From contig CM075991.1 of the NCBI GenBank assembly GCA_038087875.1, positions 11,224,001 to 11,288,000 of the forward strand: 64,000 nucleotides of DNA. The letters are read 5' to 3'. Of this stretch, positions 1 to 12,824 are shown piece after piece; position 1 is the stretch's first letter; the number at the start of each line of letters is the position of its first letter. This stretch comes from Malacoraja senta (lineage: Eukaryota). The position numbers and the translations under genes are program-made. Under the pieces are notes generated by a model, which saw only the letters and a list, made by a program, of their open reading frames with translations, did not search any database and had not been told where the DNA came from.

Positions 1-1353
1 AGAATTGACAAGGGAGTTACGGAGGGAGCGGTCTTTGCGGAAGGCAGACATAGGGGGAGATGGGAAGATGTGGCGAGTGGTGGGGTCACGTTGGAGGTGG
101 CGAAACTGACGGAGGATCACTTGTTGTATGTGACGGCTGGTGGGGTGAAAGGTGAGGACTAGGGGGACTCTGCCTTTGTTGTGAGTGGGGGGATGGGGAG
201 AGAGAGCAGTGTTGCGGGGTATGGCAGAGACCCTGGTGCGAGCCTCATCTATGGTGGAGGAGGGGAACCCCCGTTCCCTGAAGAATGAGGACATTTCAGA
301 TGCCCTGGTGTGGAACGCCTCATCCTGGGAGCAGATGCGGCGTAGACGGAGGAATTGGGAGTGGGGGATGGAGTCCTTACAGGAAGCAGGGTGGGAAGAA
401 GTGTAGTCCAGATAGCCATGGGAGTCGGTAGGTTTGTAGTGGATGTCGGTAAGGAGTCTATCACCTGCGATGGAGATAGTGAGGTCAAGGAATGGTAGGG
501 AAGTGTCGGAAATGGTCCAGGTGTATTTAAGTGCCGGATGGAAGTTGGTGGTGAAGCGGATGAAGTCAGTCAGTTGTGTGTGGGTGCAGGATGTGGCACC
601 AAAACAATCATCGATGTAGCGGAGGTAGAGGTCGGGGATGGGGCCCTGGTACGCATTGAACAGGGATTGTTCTACGTACCCGACAAAGAGGCAGGCGTAG
701 CTGGGGCCCATGCGTGTGCCCATAGCTACGCCTTGTATTTGGAGGAAATGGGAGGAGTCGAATGAAAAGTTATTAAGTGTAAGTACCAGCTCCGCTAGGC
801 GGAGGAGGGTGTCAGTGGCCGGGTATAGATTGCTTCTCCGGTCGAGGAAAAAACGGAGGGCTTTGAGACCATCCTGGTGGGGGATGGAGGTGTACAGTGA
901 CTGGACGTCCATGGTGAAGATGAGGGGGTGAGGGCCTAGAGAGTGGAATGCGCGGAGATGACGGAGAGTGTCTGAGGTGTCTTGAACATAGGTGGGGAGG
1001 GATTTAACCAAGGGGGATAGTATGGAGTCGAGGTAGGTGGAGATGAGTTCGGTGGGGCAAGAACAGGCAGAGACAATGGGTCTACCGGGACAGTCAGGTT
1101 TGTGGATTTTGGGGAGAAGGTAAAAGCGGGCTGTGCGGGGCTGGGGAACGATGAGGTTGGAGGCTCGTTCGGGCAGGGCGTGGGAGTGGATGAAGTTGGT
1201 GATGGTGCTGGAGATGGTGGCCTGGTGCTCGTCAGTGGGGTCATGGTCCAGGGGTAAGTAGGAAGAGGTGTCCGAGAGTTGGCGCGTGGCCTCAGCTTTG
1301 TAGAGGTCGACGCGCCAGACTACCACGGCACCTCCCTTGTCGGCGGGTTTGAT
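1..1353 (-). mobile_element. Penelope-like retroelement, 5'-truncated reverse transcriptase region (stop-free, 451 codons, runs off window)
   Basis: Manual translation gives IKPADKGGAVVVW, LLPKIHKP, GRPIVS, FTMDVQSLYT, GVAMG, YLRYIDD (YIDD at 607-618), LPFLD and HYKPTD, with no in-frame stop from 1353 to 1. Confidence 0.93.
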
Positions 1354-1667
1354 GTCGGCGGGAAATCTTTAATGTTAAGAATGAACATTTGTCACAGATT
1401 TCTGTTAATAGATAAATATTATACTGTGATTTTCCATTAATTTTGAGATTTGTTCCTTCCCTAAAAACTCGTGCATCAGTTGCAATACATTTTCTTTGCA
1501 TCGTTGTTGTACTTGTGTGAAAGAGTGGTATAAAAATGTAAGTTGTCCATCAATTAAATTCAGTGTGGATATGCCTTTAATTACAGCTCAACCCCAATTG
1601 TGTGGTTTTAACAGGAGACCGTTTAAAATGACATTTTAGGAGCATTTTTACATGGAAATTGTAGTAC

Positions 1668-1758
1668 CTTTCTTATAAGTGGCAACAATCTGCTGGATTT
1701 CACAATTATTCCGCGAAGCCAAAATTTCAATTATACAACCTTCATCAGTACCAGCACC
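1668..1758 (-). CDS. ANXA4: Annexin A4 exon, 91 nt (GAGTDEGCIIEILASRNNCEIQQIVATYKK); gene continues past window start
   Basis: ccatag acceptor and gtacta donor. GAGTDEGC.IEILASR is the ANXA4 repeat-II motif. Confidence 0.97.
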
Positions 1759-2419
1759 CTATGGATAAACACAGTAAGCCACGTCGATTATATTCAAAAT
1801 ATTGATAGCGCAACAGTTATATTAAATGAATTAATCAAATCCTATAATAATTTCCACATTGAAATATGGAAGCAATTAAATAAGCATCTGTAAAACTAAA
1901 TTGTTGCATTGTCATTTAACATTCCTTGCACAATTAATAATTTCTGGAATATGCCAACTGTTGTTTGATTGATTGTAGCAGTCATTCAGTCCCCGTAATA
2001 TCCAAAATGCAACACACAATAGTGTGAAGGGCAAGTTCCTTGACTTCTGCTATCGTCCTCTAGATTGATGAAGACTCGTTTCCAAAAAGTGAAAGCTAGC
2101 CCAGATATGATTAAGGAAAAAAAGGGTTTAGATCCCAAGATTTATTTGCACGATTTTGTCATGGAGACTGTATCATTCAGAAATAAAGATTTGCATTTAT
2201 ATATAGAAACATAGAAAATAGGTGGAGTAGGCCATTCAATATGATCATGGCTGATCATCCAACTCAGTATCCTGTTACCTGCCTTCTCTCCATACCCCCT
2301 GATCCCTTTAGCCACAAGGGCCACATCTAACTGCTATATGTTTGTCATTGTGTAATATAGAACTTTATAAAGAATGGGATACCTTTGAAGTATAGTTACT
2401 GCCAGTTATATGAGAATGC

Positions 2420-3138
2420 ATCAGCTAATTTGTGCACAGAAAGTTCCCACAGAACAGCAATATTTAATTAAAGATAAAAAAGAACAAGTCTGAATTAGAG
2501 ATAAATGTAAACTGGAAGAATGAAAAACACCTTTGATCTTCAAAATAGTTATCCACCAGTGAGGATTCAGGCCTTGGGTTTAGTCTAACCTCAAAGGTAG
2601 CAAGCGCCTCTGACAAAACACTCCCTCAGCAACACACTTGCAATGTTACTTTGAATTTGTGTTGAATTTCTCAGTTCAGATTCGGTTTTGCTCTGTTTTG
2701 TTTATTTATTTATTTTATTTGTATTCTTATTTTATTATCAATTTATCTTTTCTTTTGTTTCTTTAGTTTAGGGGGGTTTTGTTTTTTTGTTTTTTCTTTT
2801 TCTTATTGCCTTTTTATCTTTGCGTTTTTTAAAAACGTTTATAAGTTTCCTTTGAAAGATTTAACTATATTTACACAGAGGTCTATATTCATTGTGTGTT
2901 TTGACTGGTCTCGTATTAGGTTATACCTGTTATTAATGTAATCCTGATCCCTATGTATCAATACCATTGTTATGTTTATCATTATTCTTTTTGCTCTTTT
3001 TTTATGTTTTATTTTGGGGGGTTTTGTCAAAAAAAAAACAATAAAAAGATTTTAAAAGAAAGAAATAATTTGTGTTTGAAGTGAGGCTCAAATCCTCAAC
3101 TCGGGTGAAATTGCTGCCAGTTGATTCACAACTAACAT
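2420..3138 (-). mobile_element. Degraded DeuSINE/SacSINE1-like relic interrupted by a T-rich L1-like 3' UTR (~2680-3065)
   Basis: CACTCCCTCAG and CTTCAAAATAG segments resemble the Deu domain as remembered. Confidence 0.45.
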
Positions 3139-4334
3139 TTTAGATACATAGATACATAGAAAATAGGTGCAGGAGTAGGCCATTCGGCCCTTCGAGCCTG
3201 CACCGCCATTCAATATGATCATGGCTGATCATCCAACTCAGTATCCCGTAACTCAGTATCCCGTACCTGCCTTCTCTCCATACCCCCTGATCCCCTTAGC
3301 CACAAATTAGTGGATTAGTTTTAATCATTGTATGAAATAAAAGAATTAAGGAAGATGGTAAATCTCAGTTTATGGTGGGTTCTATTAATGGTAGATTATT
3401 GAACCAATTGACAGAGGCTTAATTTTTTTTTAAATCTTTCAGGATAGAAAAAATGTATAAAATTCTTCAATCTATCTTTGCATACTGATCTGACAATATG
3501 AATGTCACTGGCCGCAAGTTTGACACTGTGTCATTCACATTTCAGTAATGTTTAACCAGAGACACTTGTACCTGGTGTCAAGATAAAGGGAGGTATCAAA
3601 GTTGAAACTCTTATCACTGAGTAAATAGTAACTATGAGGAAGAATTGGAGGACAAATACCAAAACGCACATCTTTTTAAAGGGAACCAACTGTTTTTGCC
3701 AGATGGAATAAAGGCCCAAATAGCAATGAGATTGATTCTTGACCAGCCACAATCTTTGACAAAAGTAGAATCAATTAACTTCTGATAAGAGTCTTGGAGG
3801 ACAAGGACAATATTAACAATTTCTTCTTTTTTTTTCCCCCCGTACTTCCCCAGTTCTGAGGAAAAGACACTGACCAGACGTTGGCCAATTTATCTTTCCA
3901 CAGATGAGTTCTACTACAATTTCTGTCTTTGTTTCAGAACCCAGCATGTGTAGTTTTTTTTTCTTTTCCCTATAATCAATTATGATTGGTAGAAGGGGAC
4001 CATGAAGTAGATATTAGGTACCTCTGTTCTGGCACCTCATTCATGGCTATACAAGTTACAAAATCACTGCACTGCCAGAACAATCTACTCCCTTACTTCC
4101 CGTAGCATCCTAGGATACTCCTGGTCACATCCTGTGGATTTATCCACTTGATTCTAGCAGCCTGTACTTGACTGATGTGCATTGCATCTGATTATTCACA
4201 TCTGGGAGCGAGTGACCATCAACCATTGAAGACTTCTGATCAGAAGGGGTCACCCTCTAAGCATGGTCACTGTTGCTCCGTTTCACAATTCTCAAATACA
4301 CTGATCTTTGTTCCCCTTTCCACAGACTGCAGGT

Positions 4335-4388
4335 GGGGTGGAAGATTGCAACCTTCACGTGGTCTGCCCTGTTTCGACTAATGCAATC
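4335..4388 (+). ncRNA. Minimal HDV-like (delta-like) self-cleaving ribozyme motif
   Basis: P1 GGGGTGG/CTGCCCT with G1.U wobble; P2 GATTGCA/TGCAATC; P3 ACC/GGT; L3 TTCACGT; P1.1 G4371; vestigial P4 T-TTCG-A; J4/2 CTAA with catalytic-C equivalent at 4378. Confidence 0.8.
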
Positions 4389-4473
4389 AACCCGGCGTGC
4401 ACAATCAAATAAGATCAAATAGAACAAGTTGTCCTACAACTTTAGGCTGTGCACACCATAAGCAAGAAGAAGA
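4335..4473 (+). mobile_element. ~140-nt short retroelement with 5' HDV-like ribozyme, copy 1
   Basis: TSD agactg(c/a)aggt (4324-4334 and 4474-4484), (GAA)n tail, three further copies in the window. Confidence 0.88.
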
Positions 4474-4575
4474 AGACTGAAGGTCTTTGTCTCGGGATCA
4501 GTAACTTGTTTGAACAGAAATGCTCACTGTCTTTGGTGTGAAATCAGATACAAAAACCTGCTGTGGAACCAATTA

Positions 4576-4866
4576 GGCGGCACAGTGGCATAGTGGTGGA
4601 GCTGCTGCCTTACATCTCCAGAGACCCAGGTTCAATCCTGACTACGGGTGCTTGTCTGTACGTTCTCTCCATGACCTGCGTGGGTTTTCTCCAAGATCTT
4701 CGGATTCCTCCCACACTCCACAGACAGAGGTTTGTAAGTTAATTGGCTTGGTATAAATGTAAAAAAGTGCATGCGTGTGTGTGTTGATTTGCGGGGATCG
4801 CTGGACGATGCATACTCGGCGGGCCAAAGGGCCCATTTCCACACTGTATTTCTAAACTAAACTAAG
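4576..4866 (+). mobile_element. HE1-like tRNA-derived SINE
   Basis: A/B-box head (GGTTCAATCC), V-domain-like core, CR1-like 3' end, (TAAAC)n tail. Confidence 0.85.
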
Positions 4867-6024
4867 TTACTTCTCCCAAACAATCGCTTTTGTAGCAGTA
4901 CTTTGTGCCAAGCACAAAATAAATCCAGGAAATGGTAGACAGGCAAGGCTATGAATATAACAGGCAAATCCATGAACAGAGGACATCTCAAGTCAAGGAC
5001 TCGGGTCCGAAAACATTGATTACCAGTGGATGTGTAACGATAATTACTTATTTAAGACCCAGATGGCTACCAAATGACGGTATAAACTGTGTACTAACAG
5101 CAGGGAGAAGCAGAGCCAGCTGGCTGGGGGAAAGCAGCCAACGTTGTTAATATTTGAATTTTCTTTTGTGCAAGCACTTTATTCAATAGAACAAATAATG
5201 GAATGAGGCCAAGTCTGCATCATGTTCGTGTTCCAGTGCAATAGAAGCTGACAGTGAAGTGGTTAGAGGTGCTTGGTCATTATGTAGGATTAGCTTGGAC
5301 TCCACAAATTTACACCTTTCATGCCGTCAGGATCAACATTGTAGACAAAGGGTCTCAACCAGACAGACTTCCCATTATGTAGGATGGAATGGCAGATGCT
5401 GGTTTAAATTGAAGATAAACCTGGAGTAACAGCGGGACAGGCAGCATCTCTGGCGAGAAGGAATGGGTGACGTTTCGGGTCGAGACCCTTCATACCCGAG
5501 TTTGAGTTCAGAGTCTGAAGAACGGTCTCAACCCGAAACATCACCCATTCCTTCTCTCCAGATAGACTGCCCATTTCTCCCCAGAGATTCAGCCTGACCT
5601 GCTGAGTTCCTCCAGCAACTCCCTCCTTTTTTCCCTTAATATTTTCCTTATTTTACAATAATAAATCAACACCAAGCATTGATGCATACTTCTGTGAGAA
5701 ATTACATCACAGGATTTGTAATAATTGGAACAATTTTGTCCTTTGAAAATTCATCGACAACAATACCGTTAGGATGAGCAGACTTGTTTCCACCTGCCCA
5801 GAGGCTAGCACACAATAACTGAAGCTCAAAAAGAAAGTTTTCATTGTAACTCAGACCGTAGTGTTTCATGAAACTAAGGTGAAACAACGGTTCCAATGTA
5901 GACTACGTTGAAACTATCACAAAGGAAAATTTCAAACTGATCCACTGCTTTAAGTGGAATGTATTAATTTATAAATCAAGGGATTCATCACCAATGTCAG
6001 TTTCTGTATTTTTGTCAGTATCTT

Positions 6025-6345
6025 ATCCCCTCTACCATCAGGCAAAAGGTATAGAAGTGTGAACACACACACCACCAGATTTGGGAAGAGTTTCTTCCCA
6101 GCTGTAATCAGGTAACGGAATTATCCTGTCACAACCAAAGAGCAGTGCTGAACTACTATCTACCTCTGATGACCCTCGGACTATCCTTGATTGGACTTTG
6201 CACTGAACGTTAGTCCTTTATCACGTATCCATACACTGTAAATGGAATTATTGTAATCATGTATTGTCTTTGTTGACTGGTTAACACGCAACAAAAGCTT
6301 TTCTATATACCTCGGTACACGTGACAATAAACTAAACTGAAACTG
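6025..6345 (+). mobile_element. Rex1/Babar-type LINE 3' end
   Basis: PLPSGKRYRS-like coding end and CCTCGGTACACGTGACAATAAA(CTAAA) tail. Confidence 0.72.
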
Positions 6346-6438
6346 CTGACAATGCATTGTTTATCTGCACACACCCACCCATCTCTACCAAGCTATTCAA
6401 ATCTTTATATGGAGTGAGGATCCACAACAGTACCGGAC

Positions 6439-6552
6439 CTTGATTGCATTCTTCAGTTCATGTACGTCATACAGGATAGCAGTCTTCAACAGTCCAAGAA
6501 CCACCTGCTCCAACTTCCCAGATATTTCAGACTTCAGGTCACTGATCAAGTC
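6439..6552 (-). CDS. ANXA4: Annexin A4 exon, 114 nt (DLISDLKSEISGKLEQVVLGLLKTAILYDVHELKNAIK)
   Basis: tatctag acceptor and gt donor. DL..DLKSE.SG and LYDV.EL annexin motifs; 38 complete codons. Confidence 0.97.
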
Positions 6553-7309
6553 CTAGATAAACATGCAAGGGGGAGTGGGAAAGAACCAAAAAGAAAGTTG
6601 TTAGTTAACTGACCTCAGTCCCATCTTGAACAGGACAATTTATTCAACATTTTAATTGGTACACCTGTCCCATCAGGGCAAGTTCAGTTAAATTTACCAT
6701 TTGAAATAAAACAATAACTAGGATGGTCAAGTGAGAACAATTTGTAACTAGATGGTCTTTGAGATGTTCTCTGGCAGCAGAGTACAAGCTGTATGTCCCA
6801 GTACAATACAAACACTACATTTTCTCGGGATTCAGTAAGGTTTGCCCTCAAGTTCATTGTGCAACTTTCCCGGAAATACAAATAAAATAGACACAAATCA
6901 ACTTCACACATAAATGCCCTCCTGAAAATATTCTCAATGTAACCTTAAATGCAGTTCCCAAGCAAACGGAATGGAAAGATTTTTATTAACAAATAAGTAT
7001 TTTCTGTAAAATGGTTGGTTCACTAATAGTTAGTCCACCGCCTTTCACCCACCGCCCAGGATTACCTTACAGATCCATTTGGTGGCCAGGATTCACCAGT
7101 TGGAAATGTCGCAGAACTCTATCATGTACCTCACTGAGTAAGGTACTTCCCTTGCTACTTCTGGGACCAGGTTTCAGAACATATTACTGAGAACATATTA
7201 CCAATGGTCCAGCGACCATGACTGGTGAGAATGTCATTTAAAAACATATAGGTTTACGAAGTAAATCAGGAATTACAGTACCACTGGTGCCACATGGTAG
7301 TGAGGGTCA

Positions 7310-7495
7310 GAACATGAAGATAGGTGGAGGAGCTGGTGCATGGGGCAGGGATTCCGAGTTTAGGACCATTGGGATCCCTTGTAGAGCAGAGATGACCTGG
7401 ATTAGAGGGATGGGTTGCACCTGAACTGGAGGGGAACCAATATCCTGGCAGGCAGGTTTGCTGGTGCTACACGGGTGGATTTAAACTAGATTGGC
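7310..7495 (+). mobile_element. Degraded CR1 ORF1 (SGNH esterase-like) fragment
   Basis: RDGLHLNWRGTNILAGRFA-like translation; a similar relic lies at ~41520-41650. Confidence 0.6.
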
Positions 7496-7900
7496 ATGGG
7501 TGTGGGATCCAATGAAGGACTGAGGCAGATGAGAGGCTGGAATATGCAAAGAGTATGCAAAGTGATGAACAAATGCCTAGTGGACAGGATAGGCAGGCAC
7601 TCTACTAGAATTCTACTGCTCTAATAGATGGAAAATAGAAGTGAGATTTTTATGTGCATGCAATAGAGTAGTTGGGTTTCAGATTAACATCTTGGTCAAA
7701 GATAGAAGAGTACAGCACAGGAACAGGCCTTTCAGCCCACAAGGTTTGCGATTCAACAGGTTACCAAATTAAACTGATCTCACCTATCTTGACGTGATCC
7801 ATATGCCTCTATTCCCTACACTTCCATATGCTTATCCAAAAGCCTTTAAAATGGCACTATGCTATCTGCCTCCACCTTCTCCCTTAAAGTGCGTACCACT

Positions 7901-8054
7901 AAATTACAACAGTTAAAGCAGAAATGGCACAAGCTTTTAAAATTACAACAGTTAAAGCAGAAATGGCACAAGCTTTCAAAATTACAACAGTTAAAGCAGA
8001 AATGGCACAAGCTTTTAAAATTACAACAGTTAAAGCAGAAATGGCACAAGCTTT
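7901..8054. repeat. Minisatellite, 4 x 39 bp (AAATTACAACAGTTAAAGCAGAAATGGCACAAGCTTTYA)
   Basis: Directly visible; units start at 7901, 7940, 7979 and 8018. Confidence 0.97.
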
Positions 8055-8314
8055 GTTCTTCAAAGGAAGTTGAAGGAAAAATACATTTATTGCCACATTC
8101 AGGAAAAGGGTCCATTTAATTATTTTAAAAAGCCAATACTCCATGATGAACAACAGGAACAAAATTCATATTCAATTTAATCCATCCAGTCACTCTTGGT
8201 GTTCACTAGATGTCTCAATTAATACTGCACAGTTGAAATAAGCGCACAGATCAATATACTCTGTATGCTGGTTGAATGTCAGCCAGCCAAGATTGAAATT
8301 CATTAAGGGTTGAA

Positions 8315-8790
8315 AGGATCTGCAGATGCTGGTTTAAACCCAAGACGGACACACAGTGTTGGAGCAACTCAGCGGAACATGCAGCATCTCTGGAGAAAAG
8401 GAATGGGTGACATTTCAGGTTGAGACCCTTTTTCAGACTGAGAGTCAGGGGAAAGGGAAAGGAGCGATAAAGACAGTGACGTAGAGGGATATAGAACAAA
8501 TGAAAGAAAGATATGCAAAAAAGTAATGATAATATAGGAAACAGGCCATTGTTAGCTCGGAGATAATGAGAAGCTGGTGTGACTTGGGTGGGGGAGGGAT
8601 GGAGAGAGAGAAGGATTGCAGGGGTTGCTTGAAGTTCGAGAAATTAATATTAATACCATTGGGTTGTAAGCTGCCCAAGCGAAATACGAGATGCTGTTAC
8701 TCCAATTTGAATTTAGCCTCACTGACAATGGAGGAGGCCGAGGACAGAAAGGTCATTGTGGGAATGGGAAGTGGAATTAAAGTGTTTGGC
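8315..8790 (-). mobile_element. Penelope-like 3' fragment
   Basis: Minus strand encodes QHLVFRLGSLQPNGININFS, followed by the Penelope terminal repeat. Confidence 0.8.
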
Positions 8791-8953
8791 AAATTATTAT
8801 ATCCAGCAAACCAGTTTCCTGGCATCTATCTCCTCCAAAGCCAGCAGTGGATTAAAGTGATCAAAATTAACATTGGCTATTAGTGCATTTCATGGTACTA
8901 TCTGCATCATATATATCTTAATTATATATGGGGATACAGCGGCGAATACATAC

Positions 8954-9048
8954 CTTGCCATAGGCAGTCTTGAAGTCCTGTTTGATCCGCTGCCTCTGGG
9001 CTATAGTTCTTTTGGCCAATACATCAATGATCGCATCTTCATCAGTAC
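8954..9048 (-). CDS. ANXA4: Annexin A4 exon, 95 nt (GTDEDAIIDVLAKRTIAQRQRIKQDFKTAYGK)
   Basis: tgtgtag acceptor and gtatgt donor. Repeat-I endonexin motif GTDE; phase 1 to phase 0. Confidence 0.97.
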
Positions 9049-10637
9049 CTACACAATGGCAGAAAAAAAATGAAGCAACTTCAATTTTATGGTCTAAAGA
9101 GCATAAAATTAAATCCTGTGTTTGGAAACAAAACTAGAAAGAAAGTAGGATTCCAAATGAGTTAGTTGAAGGCAGAATGTAGCAGACCAGATAGTCCCAG
9201 GTTAATGGAACATAGAATAATATAGCACAACACAGGAACAGGTCCTTCAACCCATCACGTCTGTACCGACTATGAAGCCGGACAAAGTAATCCCATCTGC
9301 CTACACATGGGCTATATCCCCCATTTCTGTGCCTGTTTATATATCTCTATCATACCTTGTTCTACCATCTCCCTTAGCAACATGCTCCAGGCACCTTCCA
9401 TTCAGCGTAAGAAAAAGTTTGCCATAAACATTTTCTTTAAACTTTCCCCATCACACGTTAGATCTATGCTTTCTAATATTTGACATTTCCCATCCTGGGA
9501 AAAAGACTCAATCACAATTTTATATACACTTCCAACAGGTCACCTCAAAATCTCCAGAGAAAACAACCCAAGATCGTCCAACCTTCATGTTCGACCAGAT
9601 TCAGGAACAGCTGCTTCCCCACTGTTATCAGATTACTCAATGGTTCTCCCATAAGATAGAGTGTGTGATCTTCCAACATATCTCATTGCTGACCTTGCAC
9701 TTTATTTCTCTAACTGTAATGCTGTAAAATTATATTCTGCACTCTGGGATTTTTCTCTTTGCACTCCCTGTTGTACTTGTGCATGGCTTGATTGAACTTG
9801 CGTATAGTACGATTTGACTTGATCGGATAGCATGCAAACAAAGCTTTTCACTGTATCTCGGTAACGTGACAATAATAAACCAACACCATTACTCTCCCAT
9901 CGGGGCGACATCGTGGCAAATCTCTTCTGTATCCTCTCCAAAGCTTCCTCATCTTTCCAGTGGTGGGGCAACCAGAACTTCCCACAACACTCCAAATGTG
10001 TGCTGGCTAAAGTTTTATACAGAAGCCAAGTTACTTCCTGACTTGATACCCATTGCCCCAACTAACAAAGGCAAGCATGCTGTGACATTACCACCTTCAT
10101 TGCCAGTTGTACATAACATCTGGAGCATAATGGCAGGCCATTTAGCCGGCCTTGTACGCGTTTTCATACAAGCCAATAAACAATGCAAGTAGTCTAAAGT
10201 CAGACAGTATTCATGAAAACAATCCTTCAGGTCAACAATCAACTCCTTTGACTAATTTGAGATCTGTTGGCGTTCTGATGAATTGCCATTAATCTGAAGT
10301 GTCAAACATTTTTCTCTCTGCAGCTGTTCCCCAAACTCGTGAATATGACCCGATTCCTATTATCTGCAGGAATGTGCCGTCTGCAAATCTCCTCTTTTAA
10401 TCATGACAAACCAACCATTGCAGACAAAACATGACTACACGAGTCCATTTTCCTCCACACATGCTGCCTGGCATGCTGTGTTCCTCCAGCATCTGTAGTC
10501 TATTGGGTCTCTTTTATTCCTTCTTTTTCAACGAGCTATGCTTATCCAGCTTCCCTGTAATGTGTGACAAGATGGCTGAAGTCATCTGCAAGAATATTCA
10601 CAAGCAGTGGGCAGGTGGGGAGATATGGTCAACACAT

Positions 10638-10910
10638 GGGTGGCAAGGCAGTTGAGCTACTGCCTTACAGTGCTAGAGACCCGGGTTCGATCCAGACTAC
10701 GGGTGCTGTCTGTACAGAGTTTGTACCTTCTCCCCGTGACCTGCTGAGGTTTTCTCCAAGATCTTCGGTTTCCTCCCACACTCCAAAGACGTACAGGTTT
10801 GTAGGTTAATTGGCTTGGTTATAAATGTAAAATTGTCTCCAGTGTGGTGTAGGATAGTGTTAATATTCAGGCCAAAGGGCCCGTTTCTGCGCTGTATCTC
10901 TAAACTAAAC
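10638..10910 (+). mobile_element. HE1-like SINE
   Basis: Same consensus; GGGTTCGATCC B box and TAAAC tail. Confidence 0.85.
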
Positions 10911-10916
10911 ATTTCT

Positions 10917-11372
10917 TTTTTATTTTTTATTTTTATTTTATTAGAAGTAAGTACAATTGTATACAATCATATTTTCATAATACCTTTTATGTACAGCTTC
11001 TTATTTAAATTTTTTTTGAAATAAAGAAGAAAAAGAAAAAAGTTAGATAATGAAAAATAGAAAAATGTGAGATATATAGTGTGAAAAAGAAAAATAAAGA
11101 ATGAAAAAAGAAAGTTAAGACATAGAAAATAGAAGAAAGAGAATAAAAGAAAAGAAGAGAAGAAAAGAAAATAGGAGATCATTTATAATCTTGACCATCC
11201 GCAGTCACGGATTAGCTTTTACACCTGTTTTGCACCATACGTTTCCAAAAAGACGACAAATGGAGACCAACTCGTTATGAATTGGTCAAATTTATCTATT
11301 AGGAGGAATCGCATTTCCTCAAGATGTGCGGTATCCAACACACTTGCAATCCACATTTTGAGCGTTGGTATT
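10917..11372 (-). mobile_element. L1-like LINE 3' end inserted at an HE1 SINE tail
   Basis: PTLKMWI...WSPF-like C-terminus, T-rich UTR, AATAAA plus A-rich tail, 16-bp TSD TAAACTAAACATTTCT (10901-10916 and 11373-11388). Confidence 0.72.
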
Positions 11373-12824
11373 TAAACTAAACATTTCTATTGCTAGTCAG
11401 CAACATTACACAGGAATGCATGTGGGCAGTGAACAGTAACAGGACTGGCATTTGCGAGGCTCTTTTTTCCCCCTCTGGAGAATACCCTTCCAGGTACAAT
11501 ATCCGTGCCTGGATTAAATAATGATTATTGGAGCAAGAACAATTTAGGGATGGATGATCTGTGTGATGCCTTTAAATTAAATAACGACAAAGTCAAGTTG
11601 TTGTTATTTTCCACATGCACTCAGCACATCTAGTTTACCCCAGAAATCTCATGATTGAAAATGAAGTCAACACATAACTGTGCTCCTCATTCTGAGATCC
11701 AATTTGCCTTTTAAATGCAGGTTCAAAATACTTCCATGCTGTGGCATAGAGTTCAACAGAAAATGAAAGTCTGGGGCCTTATATTTAATACATAAGTAGA
11801 GGGCTTGCTCGTAAACTGCAAATGAATAGTCTTTGCAACAAGTCATCATGATTTCTATTTCTATTTCTATAAACTTGCCACAACATAGTTGGCAGAAAAA
11901 TATTTCTCTGGATATTTATAGTATTTCTCTGGATATTTATAGTGTCTTGCAAGTGCTCACACTCTTGATATCCATTTGATCTCAGAAAGTAGTGACTGTT
12001 GCCAAGATAGTTTTGTTTTGTTACCCCAGTCTCAATTTGTATTTGTGAGATAAGTTAGTGACTTGCTAGGTGAGTTCTGATGTCGGAATGATGCCAGTGC
12101 CATACAGATTAAACGGTTTTCAGCGTCTGGACTTGTATTTCCATCCGCATTGAAGATTAAAAGGGGGAAATAACTGTGATGATCAAGACGGTTACGTTTT
12201 TATTAGGTAGATAGAAAGAAACTATGTCAATAGACAATAGATGCAGGGGTAGGCCATTTGGCCCTTCGTGCCAGCACCGCCATTCAATGTGATCATGGCT
12301 GATCATCCCTAATCAGTACCCCGTTCCTGCCTTCTCCCCATATCCCCTGACTCCGCTATCTTTAAGAGCCGTATCTAGCTCTCTTGAAAGTATCCAGAGG
12401 GTACCCAGTATCTCAGTTTAGTTTATTATCATCTGTACCGAGGATCAGTGAAAAGCTTTTGTTGCGTGCTAACCAGTCATCAGAAAGACAATACATGATT
12501 ACAATCAATCCATTTACAGTGTATAGATACATAAAGAAATCAAGGCACTTGTGTGGAGTGCCAAGAACAATGTGGCATAACGTTAGACCCAAATTAGAGA
12601 TGTCAATGGGAAATATTTCTTCACTCAGAATGAAGTGGAAATCAAGAACTTCCAATAAATAAATGTCATGCTTTGACGGTCAGCATTTCAAAGAAAGACA
12701 TATTTCTATTGGTGATAGGATGAAGATAGAGAGAGAGGAACAGTAGAATTTAGTAAAACCAGAGATTTTTGCTCTTCGCTGGCTCTCAAGAGTTTCTACA
12801 AATAAACCTTGCTGACCTACATAC

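Noticed and set aside
5702..5896. 64-aa minus-strand ORF as an extra exon or nested gene
   Set aside because: No recognisable homology. The flanking ANXA4 exons already join in frame.
7846..8162. ORFs with repeated KLQQLKQKWHKLL or Cys-rich peptides
   Set aside because: By-products of a stop-poor 39-bp (3n) tandem repeat in an intron; open on both strands with no splice support.
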